Assembly: GCA_011109175.1 (NCBI GenBank)
Contig: RDEW01000005.1
Coordinates: 186,001 to 250,000 of the forward strand
Direction: 5' to 3'
From: Dicyema japonicum
Lineage: Eukaryota; Animalia; Dicyemida
Length of the DNA: 64,000 nt
Shown piece by piece: positions 48,242 through 61,349 of the stretch (positions are counted from its first letter, which is position 1; each line of letters starts with the position of its first letter). Below the pieces are notes generated by a model. The model searched no databases. It saw only the letters and a list, made by a program, of their open reading frames with translations, and was not told where the DNA came from. The translations under genes and the position numbers were made by a program.

Positions 48242-49899
48242 AATTTGATTTCTTTAATTTTAATTGGATTTTTGTTTTTCATCCTTAATTTTTGCGAAAA
48301 TGAAGATTTTGAGATTTTTGTAAAATAAATAGAGGCGTCAAGTGATTCAAAAGTATCATTGACGCCAATTGTCTGGCTGGCCTCCAAAAGGGATCCCTCT
48401 CTTCCCTACTTTACTGGAGGGGTTCCCACAGTGGCAGATATGGATGGACGTGAAGTCTGGAAGGAATGTTAACACTTGTGATCAACTGTCACGTGGTTCA
48501 TTTAAGGAATATCGAGGAAAGAAAGAAAAGACATTAGAAAACATGTTAACTACTCACCCTGCAGCCAGACTGACAAATGAAAACAGAGGCCTATCAAGTA
48601 TATGCTGTGAAGTTGCGTTTAGACTTCACCAGGCATCGCTTGCACATTTGAAGGAAATGGGTATCTTTCCTCTAACATGAAAAATAACATCCTATCCATT
48701 ATGGAAGGAATCGTGACCTTTGCGATTGCCTAGTTTCCAGTAATCAAATGCCGAAATCGAGGTTCGAACAAAAAAGATAATGTATAGCCTCAAGAAAACG
48801 GTTCGCAAAAGGAACCCATGCAGACCTTAAGAAGCTCTCTTTGTCAAAGAAACCAGATACACTATCTGTATACACTCGACCCTCACAATTTGGCCATTTT
48901 TGGTTTCGTTGAATTTTCTGGCCAATTTGAAAAAAAAATAAAATCAATAATTTTGAAGAACAACGAACAACAAATTAAAAAAATGCTTTAAATAAACAAA
49001 AAAAACGTATTTAAGTTTTATTAAAATAAAATGTAACTCCTAACTGTTTTTTCATGTCTTATTTTTTCAGATTCTTGTTCACTATTTTCTGAATCTTCTA
49101 GAGTAACTTCATGTTCATTCTCAATGTTAGCTAAGAGTTCCCTCTCTATGGCAGATAATCTAACTAGGATATCCATTTTGTCTGCATGTCTTATTTTTTC
49201 AGATTCTTGTTCACTATTTTCTGAATCTTCTAAAGAATCTTCATTTTCATTAAATGCAAAAAATGCAGCCTTGGATTCATCCAGAAAACCACCTAAAAAT
49301 TGATTTTTAGAAAAATACCTTTAGACCCTACTACCTAAATCCATTCTACCAACTTATCTTCAAGCTTTGAAAACTTTGGTTTATGTGGAGCTTAATTACA
49401 GTTGATATTTTTTAATCTTTCAAAATAGCGTCTTTCTACGGTAAATGATTATTTATTGTTTTTCTCGATATTTTTTACGATACAAGTGCAAGAAACTATA
49501 AGCTAACTCCTGGCACGAAATAGCATCATTTTCTTGTTTATAATTTAAAATTCTACTTTTGATTAAAAATAACCCGAGTATAGCGTCCACGAGATGAATT
49601 GGAAGACATGTGTTAATTAAGTTTTTATTTTTCCTATTTGTATTAAAAATTGGCAAATTAATAAGAATAAGATTTTTTTCTTAGAAATTTTTTTTAAATG
49701 TGCAAATTTGCGAGGTTCGAGTGTTACCATATTTGTTGGCCCAAATCTTCCTCTAACGATCTTCGGCCCTTCCATTACCAACGACTAACATCTTCAGTCA
49801 AAGAGGCGCTTAGTCGTCTGTGCCTTGTTTATTCGTTCTACTGAACAAAATCTCCATTCAGACAATTTTTTATTTGATTCATCTCTCTTGTATTGACTT

Positions 49900-50570
49900 T
49901 CTTTCTATGAGGAGGTGAGATTGTTTGTAATGTTTGTATCGACGACGCCTCTCGGAAAAAGACCACAATATCCGCTAGATTTGGTGGCCTTGAAATTCTA
50001 TCTTTTCTTGATCTCTCTGCCACACACTTTTGTCTCTTGTAGCCTTCGATTTTTTGGTCAGAAAAATTTTACACTTATTCCGAAAATTTTCTACTACCTG
50101 GACATCGGCCACCTACGGGAGATCTGGATTCATACCTATTCGTTTCTCATTTGCAGATGAGTCAGATGACGTTGTTTGTAGAAATCTTTCGAAAAGCTAA
50201 TGAAGTCTTCGAATCAATGCAGTATGCTTATCTGTTGTTTAAGTCTTTCCTGAAAGTGGTACTTGGCTCACCGTTATCTCAAGTGGAGTATTGAAAACAC
50301 TTCTGGACGACAAGTCGGCTCGAGTTGGATTTTCACTTCCCCTTGAACTGAAGAATTGTTTCCCACATCGGTGGGGATGCATTAAGTGGATTGACCTATG
50401 CAAGTGAATCGTGGTCAAAGCCCATTTCCTACTCCTCTTTCCTGAAGCTGTCCGCAATCTATGGAGCTGTCAAAAGAGTCATTGGCCGCAACTATGTGCC
50501 CGCCCATCTAGAAGCAGTTTTTATTGGACGACAACGGAGGTTAGTACTAATAACCCTCTCTACAAAGCCA
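49900..50570 (+). mobile_element. Degenerate RTE-like RT C-terminal remnant
   Basis: FAD, YLGSPLS and LSGLTYASESWS motifs. Confidence 0.5.
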
Positions 50571-52734
50571 TAAAAATACCTTAAAAACTAGTCAAGGTAC
50601 GAGACAACTACTGAAGAGCCATCTAGGATAGTCCACGTCGGATAGGACCTCCCACATGTCGGCCTGTGGTCATTTAGTTAGTTGGGAACTTTCTTTTTCC
50701 AATCTTATTTATTAACCTCATTCTTACAATCTTTTGAAGGCCGAACACAAATAGTCACAACTAATTAATCCAAGGAAAAAACCCAAGGGGGAACGTCTGC
50801 TTGTGCCGGTCAAAAAGGGAATCTCTTCCTTAAAATTAATCAACTTATTAACCCCAGATACACCGAGAAAGAAGTTGACAGTAAACAATTAGTTAAGTAT
50901 ATCCAGTGTCACCGTTGCAGAAACAGTCCTAGACATCTATTCCTTGCAGTTGTGGAAACCCTTCAGTGGAGTGGGGAGAGCGAATGATCTTTTTACGTCT
51001 AGCAGTGAGCGCCACTTGAGACAGGTGGATCACATGAAGTCACTCTAGTAAAAAAAGGAAGAGAAGGAGCGGACAAAACAAACAGAAAAATTAGACCAAT
51101 TAGCCACCACATGGCCTCAAAAATAAAAGGAAATATGAGATCATGAAAGTGAAAAAAATTAATTATTTAAATAAAGTTAAGAATTTATTTGTTTCTTAAT
51201 TTTCTAATAAAATATCTCCATAGAAACAAAACATATTCTTATAAATGGAAAGACCAGGGACATTATTATTGAGATCAAATTGCTCCCATTACAGTCGTCC
51301 GGTTCTTAACCGATTATGGTATAATCTTCTCATCTCCTGATCAGGTTCGAGGATAGACAGCAGGAGCCCAAAGACTACGATATTGACTATTCCCTTACCA
51401 GACCTCTCCACCGATCAACGTATCAGAGATTCGCAAAAACTGAACAAACGTCATTTAAAACTTCGTACAACGAGCTATGTGATGATCTTAATTTACTGGA
51501 GGAATATGAAGATAAAAAAGTCTCAAAAAAGATGATCAATCAAGAAATTTAAGCAAGACTAACCACAGCAGGTACATTTGTGAAAAACGCAGAAATAACA
51601 TCGATTCAAAAGTATTGCAGGATGAATTTAATTATTCACTCAAAACGCAGAAATGTGGCATTTCCACGTACAAAAGAGACTTTGTTGTCGATAAGTTCGA
51701 CCCAACCAAATCAAAATCGGTTTTCTTTATTTTAACTTTTTAGGTCAATTTAGGGGATTTGGAGGAAAAATATTTCAGAAAAAGTACATTTTTGACAAAT
51801 GGAGCAAATCATCTGAGAAACGGTAGGAACACGTGGCAGGATAGCGTCGGACTTTAAACATTAATGATATTAATTTATTAGCTTTAACAAAAGTTAAATC
51901 CTTTCGTAAGTCTCATTGAAAAGTATTAATTTAGCACGTGGATTTGTTATCCTGATAATTGTGGTTTTCTATAATACTTGCTCTTTCGTAGAGGAATAGT
52001 AATATTTATATTATTTACATCCCCACTTAAGCAGGATAGACGCTTAATCAAAAAGGGAAAGAACGGATATGTAAGAAAAGGGCCAGGCAATCCTTTAGTT
52101 GATGACAGCGCAACTTGTTTAGCCAGGAAGCCTCAGAACTTTCAACGGGAATGGTCAGCAATGGGATTTGAACCGGAAAGCTCAATATATAAAATAACCC
52201 TTCCATGGTAAAATATTGAAAGTTTTTAGGTGGTTATATTTTTTACAGGAAATAAGCGTGATTGCATTTTTGTAATACAAAACTTCGTTGTTATAAAGTT
52301 TACCTCCGAATATTTTCCTATTTTCAAAACTTTTAAATAAATTTAAAATAGACAGTTTTAAGCCAACCTCATATTGGCAAGTCTCCTAAGAAGTCACATC
52401 CAATGTCATCAGACGCTCAGCCAAAAATCGAAACTAATAATTCCACACAAATGTGGCCTATTAATATCGAGTTAAGTTCTTAAATAATTAATGATGTAGA
52501 CAAATAATTACTTTAAGTAGACCTTCTGACTTTTAATGATATCGAACTCGGTCCTCTAAAGTTTAGTCTCGTCAAAAAAACTACTGCACTTTTACGCAAA
52601 GCCATATTAGCCTCTGCTCAGACAGGACACAAACTTTATTTAAGTAAAGAGCAGATATCATAACTCATCGTAGAGGGAGAACTAAGGAATGTTTTTTACT
52701 TATTTTTTTGTTTTGTTTGGTGTATGTTTTTATA

Positions 52735-52875
52735 GACGATCCGGTTCCACAGTAAATTTTCACTGATGACGGTGTTGCTCGTCAAGCCAAAGTACCTTTA
52801 ACCAGAATATACAACAGCGAGATTCGAACTAGGGGCAATCAGGCCTCTTGGCGGTACTCGCTACACTTCACCGGT
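52735..52875 (-). mobile_element. SINE-related fragment with the same core but a different tRNA-like head
   Basis: Reverse strand tagttcgaatctcgctg...ttgacgagcaacaccgtcatcagtgaa...actgtggaaccgg matches the core of the SINE at 2877. Confidence 0.65.
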
Positions 52876-53299
52876 TTGTTTTATAATTCATCAATAATTT
52901 AGAGGCAGCCGCCCCAGGCAGCACGCTGTAGGGGGTAGTATATCCAAGCCATAGAATTCACATATTAAGCTATATTCACTTTTTCTATAATTTTTTTCAT
53001 CATAAATAAGATCGACTGCCAGCGATCATTGTCTTCTATTACAGCGCTGAAGACTTAGGGTGCACGAATTTTAATCGACGGCAGTTGCTTGTTCGCTGTG
53101 AATTCCCTTGCCGCTCTTCGTGATGAACCGCAATTAGTAAAGTTCTGACGACGTTGTCACGTTTGCGCCGCTTTCGCGCGAGACTTAATGTGGCTTGCTT
53201 ACTGGTATGTTTAAACTCAGTCCAATGATTATTGTCGAACACGACGTTGTTTTTCCTTGCTACAATCTTCTGTTTTGGATTTCTTGTGTGTATTGATTT

Positions 53300-53760
53300 C
53301 CTCTAATTCGATCCGACAATTGAACGAATACAAACCAGCGGGGCCCAAAATCGCTGAAAAAAAAAAGCTCGAGAAGCAAGGATAGTTTTCATGAGAGGCC
53401 GAGATGTGTGGTGAAGAAAACAACAATTTTTCTAACCATTTTGAGACTGGCGTGAAATTTCTTCTCTCTACGGAGAAATTGTTGAGTGTCTTACAATTTT
53501 CTGAAGTGGAAACAGAACATTTCAAACAACTGCAAAGGATTTTTTTGTTTCATTAGTTGAGCTAGGCTGTAATTTTTTCCAATTTTGTGCATTGCACATC
53601 GTTTATTGGCTACTCAATTGATAGCCGTGAACGTTCGTTTTCAAAATTAAAACATATAAAATCATATTTGAGGTCTTCTATGTCAAAACCTGACAAGTTT
53701 ATCTTTAATCAGCATTGAAAATAAATTCCTGACAAGCGAAATGAAAAGCTGTGGTTAGAC
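53300..53760 (+). mobile_element. hAT transposase C-terminal dimerisation-domain remnant
   Basis: ERSFSKLKHIKSYLRSSMS...SLISIEN motif. Confidence 0.7.
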
Positions 53761-54154
53761 TTTGTTTACATCAAAGGAGCGATTGGACATGGAAGTAAGT
53801 GACTTTTTGTTTATTTTAAACAAATTAAATAATTATACAAACACCTCACTCTTACTTGAATTTTATTTATTTATTTATTCTCATGTATGATTAACAAAAT
53901 AATTTATTTAGTCATGATTTTTTAAGTTAGTTATAAGGGGCATCATTGTCATACACTCGCTCCGGCAGAGAGCTTTGGCACTCCTCTGCTCACGGTAGTA
54001 ACAAAGCTCAACTGGAGGACCCACTGGGTTTCATGGTTCCTGAATGTAGAGAGACGTCCCAGTTTCTTGAGAAACGACTAAGATTTTGCTTATACTTCCA
54101 GTCTCACAAACAATTTCGTGAACAGATATTTATTATTCTTATTATTATATTTGA

Positions 54155-54476
54155 ACCGGAAATCTCAGTAGCATAGTGGTTAGGTGTCGGGCTAAAGTGG
54201 CTTAGGTTACGGGTTCGATTCTCGCTGCTGCTCACCTGGTGGAAGGTACCACGCATCTACGATGCCAAAAGGGTTTGACGAGTGACGCCGTCATCAGTGA
54301 ATACTCACTGCGGAACTGGATTGTCTAAAAAAGAGCCACACACAAGAAAAAAGAAGTGAAGACCTTGGTTATACGATTAGTTAAAATTAACTGTTCTTTA
54401 CTTAAATAAAGAGTGTGTCCTGCCTATGCGGAGCTATAAATACTATGGCTCTCGTGAAAAAGCTTTATTATTATAT
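54155..54476 (+). mobile_element. tRNA-derived SINE, second full-length copy
   Basis: A box TAGCATAGTGG, B box GGTTCGATTC. Body nearly identical to 2877-3207; (TTA)n tail. Confidence 0.8.
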
Positions 54477-55909
54477 ATCGATTAATTAAATGATAAGTTT
54501 GCAACTTTAATTACATTAATTTATTTCGCTATAGAACAAACCATTGTTCAGAAGAAGGCCTAGAGTCACTCTCCCTGTGGCTTAAAACAAGGATCTTAAT
54601 GGAATTGGAGAAAACTTAAATGTACGGAGGACCTAGAAAATCTACGAACAGATGCACACAGCAGGGGCTAATGGAGAGGCCTAGTGAAACAAATTTCGAA
54701 ATGTGACAGCCCGCTTGCTTACGGCTATCACAAATACAATAAATAAAAATAAATATAATTTTTAGCTTATTTTAAATGTAAAAAATAAAAATTTCGACCT
54801 CTTTTAACTTTAGAACCTTGCCAAGTGGTGGATAACATCGAATTGATCCCAAAATCTCATTATACATTAATATAAAAACCACGATGTATGTCAGTATTGA
54901 TTAAATAAACAAACTGATTGCAGATGATGGAGAGGCACTAGTGTTACTTTCGAGAGTTTTGAGATGCTCTTTAGATATCGTATACCATATGAGCTCTGCT
55001 TTGACTCTAAAGAAAATAGACAAAAATTTGTCTAGAAAAACAACCATTTTTCATTTCATAAAATTAAAAATTTATGAACATATTGGAAAGCCGCCTGGCG
55101 CCATGAGGTGCTGTGTGGCTAATTGGATTTAAATTTATCTTTTCCTCTCTGATGGCATCATTTAATCCACCTCACTAGGGAGACGCCCAATGCCTGATCG
55201 ACATTCAAAAGGATCCGACTATTCTTTCCACAGGAAGAAAATTTTGTTACCTGGAGACGAGTTCTTGAATCACTGGAACGCGTCAGGGCTAATGAGTTAG
55301 TTTGGTTGGTATTACCCCTGGTCTTTGGAATAATTCTAAATTGGCATTCCTTAATAAATGTGAAAAAAATATATAAAAAATATAAATTTGCATTTTGTCT
55401 TCTAAATAGCTATTGACTATTCGTCATATCAAAATCACAGAGAAAATGATTAGACCCACAGAAAACCCGCCAAACAAGCTATAAACTCAATTAGGAAAGC
55501 TACTCAAATCTGAGTGGGCATAAAACAGCAGATGCGAATTAAGTAAATGTAAAATTTCCAAAATCAATGTTGTGAGCAACAGATTGCCTTGATTTAGATA
55601 AGTTTATTGTCGCTTAACACAGCAATTAACAAATTACTAATTTGCTATCTCAATGTCAAAGAATCCATTAATAAAAAGAATAAGGATTCAATCGATGATG
55701 ATAAAAAACCCCAAAGTGTTATAAAAAAGTAAGCAACTCTCGTAATTGAGAGTACTTCCGCTTACGATTTGTATGAATATACGTTCAATCAACCTTCTCT
55801 TCACTCGGGTGAAAACAATGTACATTTTGACACAGCTTTTGTATGTCTCATATTGATATTATCGATTTGTCGTTGAAACTATATATTAATCAAATAACGG
55901 CTTATAACG

Positions 55910-56886
55910 ATGTATTTTATGAAAAAACGTTATTTGACGATCATTGCAGTTCATATTTTTGAAGTTTTAGTTCAGTTGAGCTTAATTATACTCATCCTGT
56001 ATTTCAAGATATTCTCTATCGGTGCTTTGATCGACAGAAACGCCAGCAATTTGATACTAGTCGTGGTAATCTCGGGTAAATTTAATTCATCATTAGACCC
56101 TAAAAATCAGGCGAGAAGACAGGTGATAAGAGAAACGTGGGGAAATAATAAAACTATGAAGACTTTTAAAGCAACGTTAGTATTTTTCATGGGAAATTCT
56201 GAAACTGGACGACCTCCTTATCTGGCTGAGGAATCAAAGCTACACGGAGATCTCATATTCGCGGACTTTTACGAATCTTACCTCAATTTGAGCATCAAGA
56301 GTATTGAAGCTCTCAAGTAGCGTTCAATGATATAATAAGATGGGCTTCATATAACTTTAAGAAATTTGAATATTTCGTTAAAGTTGATGACGACGTCCTC
56401 TTCAACATTGAAGCCTTGACTTTAACGATTTCTCAATTTGGAAGCGACATGAAGCAAAATGGGCGATTTTTGTTCTGTTTTTTGATGAAAAATAATAAAC
56501 CGATAAGGGAGAATTCAAAATGGTAACTTCCAAGTTAAATCCCAAGGATAATTTCCTTTGAAGAGTATCCCTTAGATAGTTATCCCCCATTTTGTTCTGG
56601 CACGTGTTATGTGCTGACAAGACAAACAGTGGATGCTATACTCGAAGTTTGTAAAGATAGAAAATTAATACATTTGGAGGATGTCGCAGTTACAGGTAAA
56701 TATGAAATGAACTCTCAAGGAATTTGTGGCGAAGAAGCACGTGTCCAAAAACATAAAGTCGAAGGATTTATCATTCACCAGGATACCGCGAATATTTGTT
56801 TCAGTAAAAGCGCCATCTCCCATCATCTTCACATAACGCCTGAGAAAATGAGGGACTTTTATTATGAACAAAAAAATTATTGTTGA
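55910..56886 (+). CDS. GT31 beta-1,3-galactosyl/GlcNAc-transferase (B3GALT/B3GNT family)
   Basis: RRQVIRETWG, EESKLHGDLIFADFYESYLNLSIKSI, YFVKVDDDV (DxD), YPPFCSGTCYVL, LEDVAVTG. Introns 56076-56096 (21 nt), 56317-56339 (23 nt) and 56696-56719 (24 nt). Confidence 0.88.
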
Positions 56887-57526
56887 AACTAATAAATAAG
56901 ATTAAGTTTTTTGTTGAACCATTCTGATTCCTCAAACAGTTTGGGGTCACATAACAAATATGAAGTTTCTCTTGACATTCTGATAGTACAGAATCGACAC
57001 TAAAATGCCTTGATTTGCTTACTCAGCTTATGGATTGCATTTATGGCCAATACGCAAGTCCCGTCATCCCAGCATATTCCCTGGGAAGTCTCGCACAGAT
57101 GGAACATCTATAAAATTACAATTTCAAAATTACATAGCTGGACACATTATAAGCAATTGTGACTCCCAGATATATTGTGATTATGATAATTGTAGATCTG
57201 AATTTACTTATTAGAATCGATATTGCGCCGGCTTGAAAAAATGGAGTTCTCATCATCACAAGAAATATTATGAAAATCTCCATTACTATTAAAAAATATT
57301 GAATTCTGTAGAGTAAACCCGCAATTTACATTTGAACAATGAGGAAGGATTTGCTCTCAAATTTGACTGCATTGAGGGATATGTTAATGACCAAATCTCC
57401 CACTAAAATCAATGTCTGTATTATTAAACGAATATTCATTTCGGTTGTTTAGTTACATTATATATTATTATTAAATTTTTTATTTTTATAAATTTAAATT
57501 TATTTTGGTTTATCATTGTTAAAACG

Positions 57527-57700
57527 CCCCGGGCGGCCTTCTAGCTGAAACGTATCTTCTGATGACATCGGATCTGAAGGTCGTGGGTTCGAATCCGAAA
57601 GGAGAAGGTCAATTCTTGTCAAACAGATCCCACCCGTGAGGCGACGAGCCCTTCTGGCACGATACAGTAGTTGTCGCTCATTTTACGATTGGCTCTAAGT
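57527..57700 (+). repeat. Possible second tRNA-derived SINE head
   Basis: aaggtcgtgggttcgaatcc T-arm/B box. No complete cloverleaf. Confidence 0.35.
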
Positions 57701-57808
57701 TTAATTTTCACCTTTTTCTGGGCTTTTTCAATTCCTAAAAAAATCATGGAGACGTCCAGTTTTTGACAGGCATAAAAAAAGGATCTCGTTCTTCCCTACT
57801 CCACTGGA

Positions 57809-59225
57809 GGTACTAGGACATTTGGCCGACAGACGTTTAGTCGACAATTCAATTAAGCATAAATGATCAATAAATACACTATGTATCTTAATAACAGTAA
57901 AAAATAGAATTTTCACAAACCACTTGTGGAAAGTGAAAACTTCTGCATGATGGCTATGCGTACATTAGACAGAGACAATGTCATATATTGGAGATGTGAG
58001 CTGAAAGGAAAATGCAAAGGCAGAGTAAGAACCGTTAACGAAGAACTTATGGAACTATGACACCACAAGAACATCCACCAAATGCAGGACGTTTACATGC
58101 GCTGAAAACCGTCAATACGATAAAGAAGAGACCGAGAGATTCTGAAAAACTACATCCACAGTTATCCAAAATTGTTTAAGCACATACCCTATTGATGCTG
58201 CTTGTGCGCTACCAAAAAAGAAACCTTTCCACGTACTGTTCGACGACAGCGTACAGATCAAATACAAGACATTAATGTTCTAACTGATAAACTTAAAAGT
58301 ACTCTCAAAGGAGATGATTTTGTGCCACACGATAGTGATGGATTGCTTATATTAACAACAGCAAGAAACCTGATCTTATGTCTATGAAAGAACATTGGTT
58401 ATGTGATGGTACTTTTGATTCAGCTCCATTGGGTTTTCAGTTATACACATGTTACATTATGTGAAACATGTACGGTTCCATTAGTGTACGCTATTGGTCG
58501 AGAAAAATCTCAATAAATGTATGAACAAATATTTTCAACACTGAAAGAGAAAAGGCCACAATTGAATCCACTATCATTTACCATAGATTATGCGAGCAGC
58601 GATCAATGCTATCAACAGAATTTTTCCAAATGCAAATGTGCATGGCTGCTACTTTCACTTTGGGCAGTGTTTATGGCGAAAAATACAAAATCTAGGACTG
58701 CAGGCATGGTATAATGACCCAGCAAATGCAAACTTAATTAAAAGTATTCAAGCACTGGCATTTGTTCCTATACCTCAAGTCATTGAGAGTTTCTAAGCGC
58801 TCCTTCAAACTATAGATGACGAGACTGATGACGTGTTGGGAGATTTCTGACCTATTTTTAGACAACATGGATCGGAGCCTTGCAACGTGGAAGGAGAAGA
58901 AGACCATTGTTTAGTTTGGAAATGTGGAATGCACACGACAGACAGGCAGAAGGCCTCCCAAGAACTACGAATTCACTTAAAGGATGGCACAGATCTTATA
59001 AAACATACAACCGTTTGTCGGCTTGTTGCAAAAATACGAAAAGAGCTGTCGGAGTGTGAGGTCACAGTAGAACAAATGATGGCCGGAATAACAATAAGAC
59101 AAGTAAAGAAGAAGTACCAGGATGTAAACAAAAGGATAAACAGTATTATTGAAAAATATGATGAATACACTCCAGTAGAATTTCGAAATCACTTCACAGA
59201 AAAATTTGGAGAATGTTGAAATTGA
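57809..59225 (+). mobile_element. Mutator (MULE) DNA transposon with a degenerate FLYWCH + MULE transposase; right end missing
   Basis: GYAYI...WRCELKGKCKGRV, WLCDGTFDSAP, VPLVYA, TIDY.RAAINA...VHGCYFHFGQCLWRKIQ, PRTT. The left terminal repeat matches 60818. Confidence 0.88.
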
Positions 59226-60567
59226 AAAATTCAACAAGTACGATCTTTTATTTATTTATTTATTACTCCCGGATACACCGAGAAAAAAGTTAAAGTAAAA
59301 AAAACTAATTAAATGTATCCAGTTTCCACTTATACAGAAAGAGTCCATCCGGAATCAACATAAAAGGTAAGACGTCTATTACATGCAGTTGTGGAAACCT
59401 CTCCAGTGGAGTGGGGAAGAGCAAATGATTTTTTTCGTGCCGGCCTGGCACTGGGCGTCACCTAGACAGGTGGATCACATGACGCAAGATAACGAAATTT
59501 TCCCAGATGATTTGGTTTTTCCTGATCATGAGACGGAGAAATGGAAATTTAATGGCGAAGCTTTGAATGAGAATACATATCCTCACAATATTTCTGATAA
59601 AACCGAAGAACAGGAGGACTATAAATGATCTCACTGAGACTGATGACGTGCTTGAAAAGTCTAACAATGGGCCAGAGACGAGTGATGGAAAAAAAAGATC
59701 TTGGGAAATGACCAATCCTGGAGCCAAAAGAAAATGTTTAAGTTTTATTTACTCTTAATTAGAGGTTAGTTAGTTTTAATAATAATTTTTTTACAATAAT
59801 GAAATCTGTCTTAATAAATAATTAAGTCAAAGTTATCTAATTTGTGTACTGCAATAATGCTAAGTACATAAAACTCACTGTTAAAATCTCGCTGGCGACT
59901 TTTTTGGCATATTCTCATATGGATATATACACCACGTAACCTCATTATGGAGGATTTTTCGATCAAAATGTAACTAGGAAGCTAACTACGATTCCTCTCG
60001 TCTGTATCAAGATTATGCTCATAGTGGTTGGAAAATGAGAGCAATCGATCTCGATGAACTACGGAGACATGCGTGGAGGATGTTACATAGAGAAAACTGG
60101 TAGAACGGATAGTGAAGACCAAGGCGGAACTCTAAGTATTCATGTGCTAATGTGTAAGCGAAGTGCACTTAACTAACTAACCAATTAAGGCTTTTATACA
60201 TTCTCCATATCTTTCATCCTTTTGTTGGAACTTGTAGAAATGATTTATTTTAACGAGCAATTAACACGACTGTGCAGCATGGACTGTCTCGCTTTAGTCA
60301 TCAAATCAGGTGATAGTAAGTTGCGACTTAGAATCTTATTGAGATTTTCGAAACAGACTCCACATAGATGCTACGCTAAACGTCAAATCAATCGTGGAAT
60401 ACCTCACGGAGCGAGACTTCTTCAGAATGGCCAAGTCTTGTGTACATCACCATCACCAGTCATTAAATCATTTTCCCTGTCATTGATGACATTTATCATA
60501 AATCAATGATAATTACTTTATTATATTTAATTATTAGGTTTTCTTGCACGACACTACCTATAGGCCA

Positions 60568-60620
60568 GTGGTTCTCAACCTCAATAATTAACAATTGGTT
60601 CGCGGGCCGCAAAATTTTTT
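60568..60620. mobile_element. hAT-Charlie-like terminal sequence
   Basis: CAGTGGTTCTCAACC followed by cgcgggccgca. The partner end was not found. Confidence 0.4.
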
Positions 60621-60817
60621 TAAGAAAATAAAGCTTTATTAACTAAAATTAATGTGAGAATTGAATTTGCTTTCCTTCTACTATTCTTTCGAAACACGGA
60701 CTCAGTTTTGATGACGACGTAAGTTAGAGTTGCATAAGATGTTCATTAGTTAATTGGTCGAAAATTTGGTTTTTGATCCTGTCTGCTGGAGCTTTACAAA
60801 CATTCGTTGATCCAAAA

Positions 60818-61263
60818 CGTACTAGGATATTTGGCCGACAGATATTAGGCTGACAATTCAATTAAGCATAAATGCACTGGCATTTGTTCCTTTACCTCAA
60901 GTCATTGAGAGTTTCGAGCGCTCCTTGAAACTATAGATGACGAGACTGATGACGTGTTGGGAGATTTCTGACCTATTTTTAGACAACATAAATCGAAGCC
61001 TTGCAACGTGGAAGGAGAAGACCATTGTTTAGTTTGGAAATGTGGAATGTAGATGACAGAAAGGCAGAAGGCCTCCCAAGAACTACGAATTCACTTGAAG
61101 AATGGCACAGATCTTTTTCACAAAAAGTATAAAACATCCGCTTTCTCATAACCTTTAAGTAAATGTTTTTATCTTGAATTTTATCTCTGAATTTTAAATT
61201 AGAATTTCCTGTCGGCTAAGTGTCCTGTCGGCCTAATATCTATCGGCCAAATGTCTGGACACC
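60818..61263 (+). mobile_element. Non-autonomous MULE deletion derivative (446 bp) with both TIRs and a 9-bp TSD
   Basis: TIRs ggatatttggccgacagatattaggc / gcctaatatctatcggccaaatgtc; TSD GATCCAAAA at 60809-60817 and 61264-61272. The interior matches 58755-58990. Confidence 0.88.
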
Positions 61264-61349
61264 GATCCAAAAACAGACGCATTTCTATACGCATTCGTAA
61301 TCAAATTTGAGTATTTTAAAATTGAAATTCTACTCCAAGATTCTAATAG

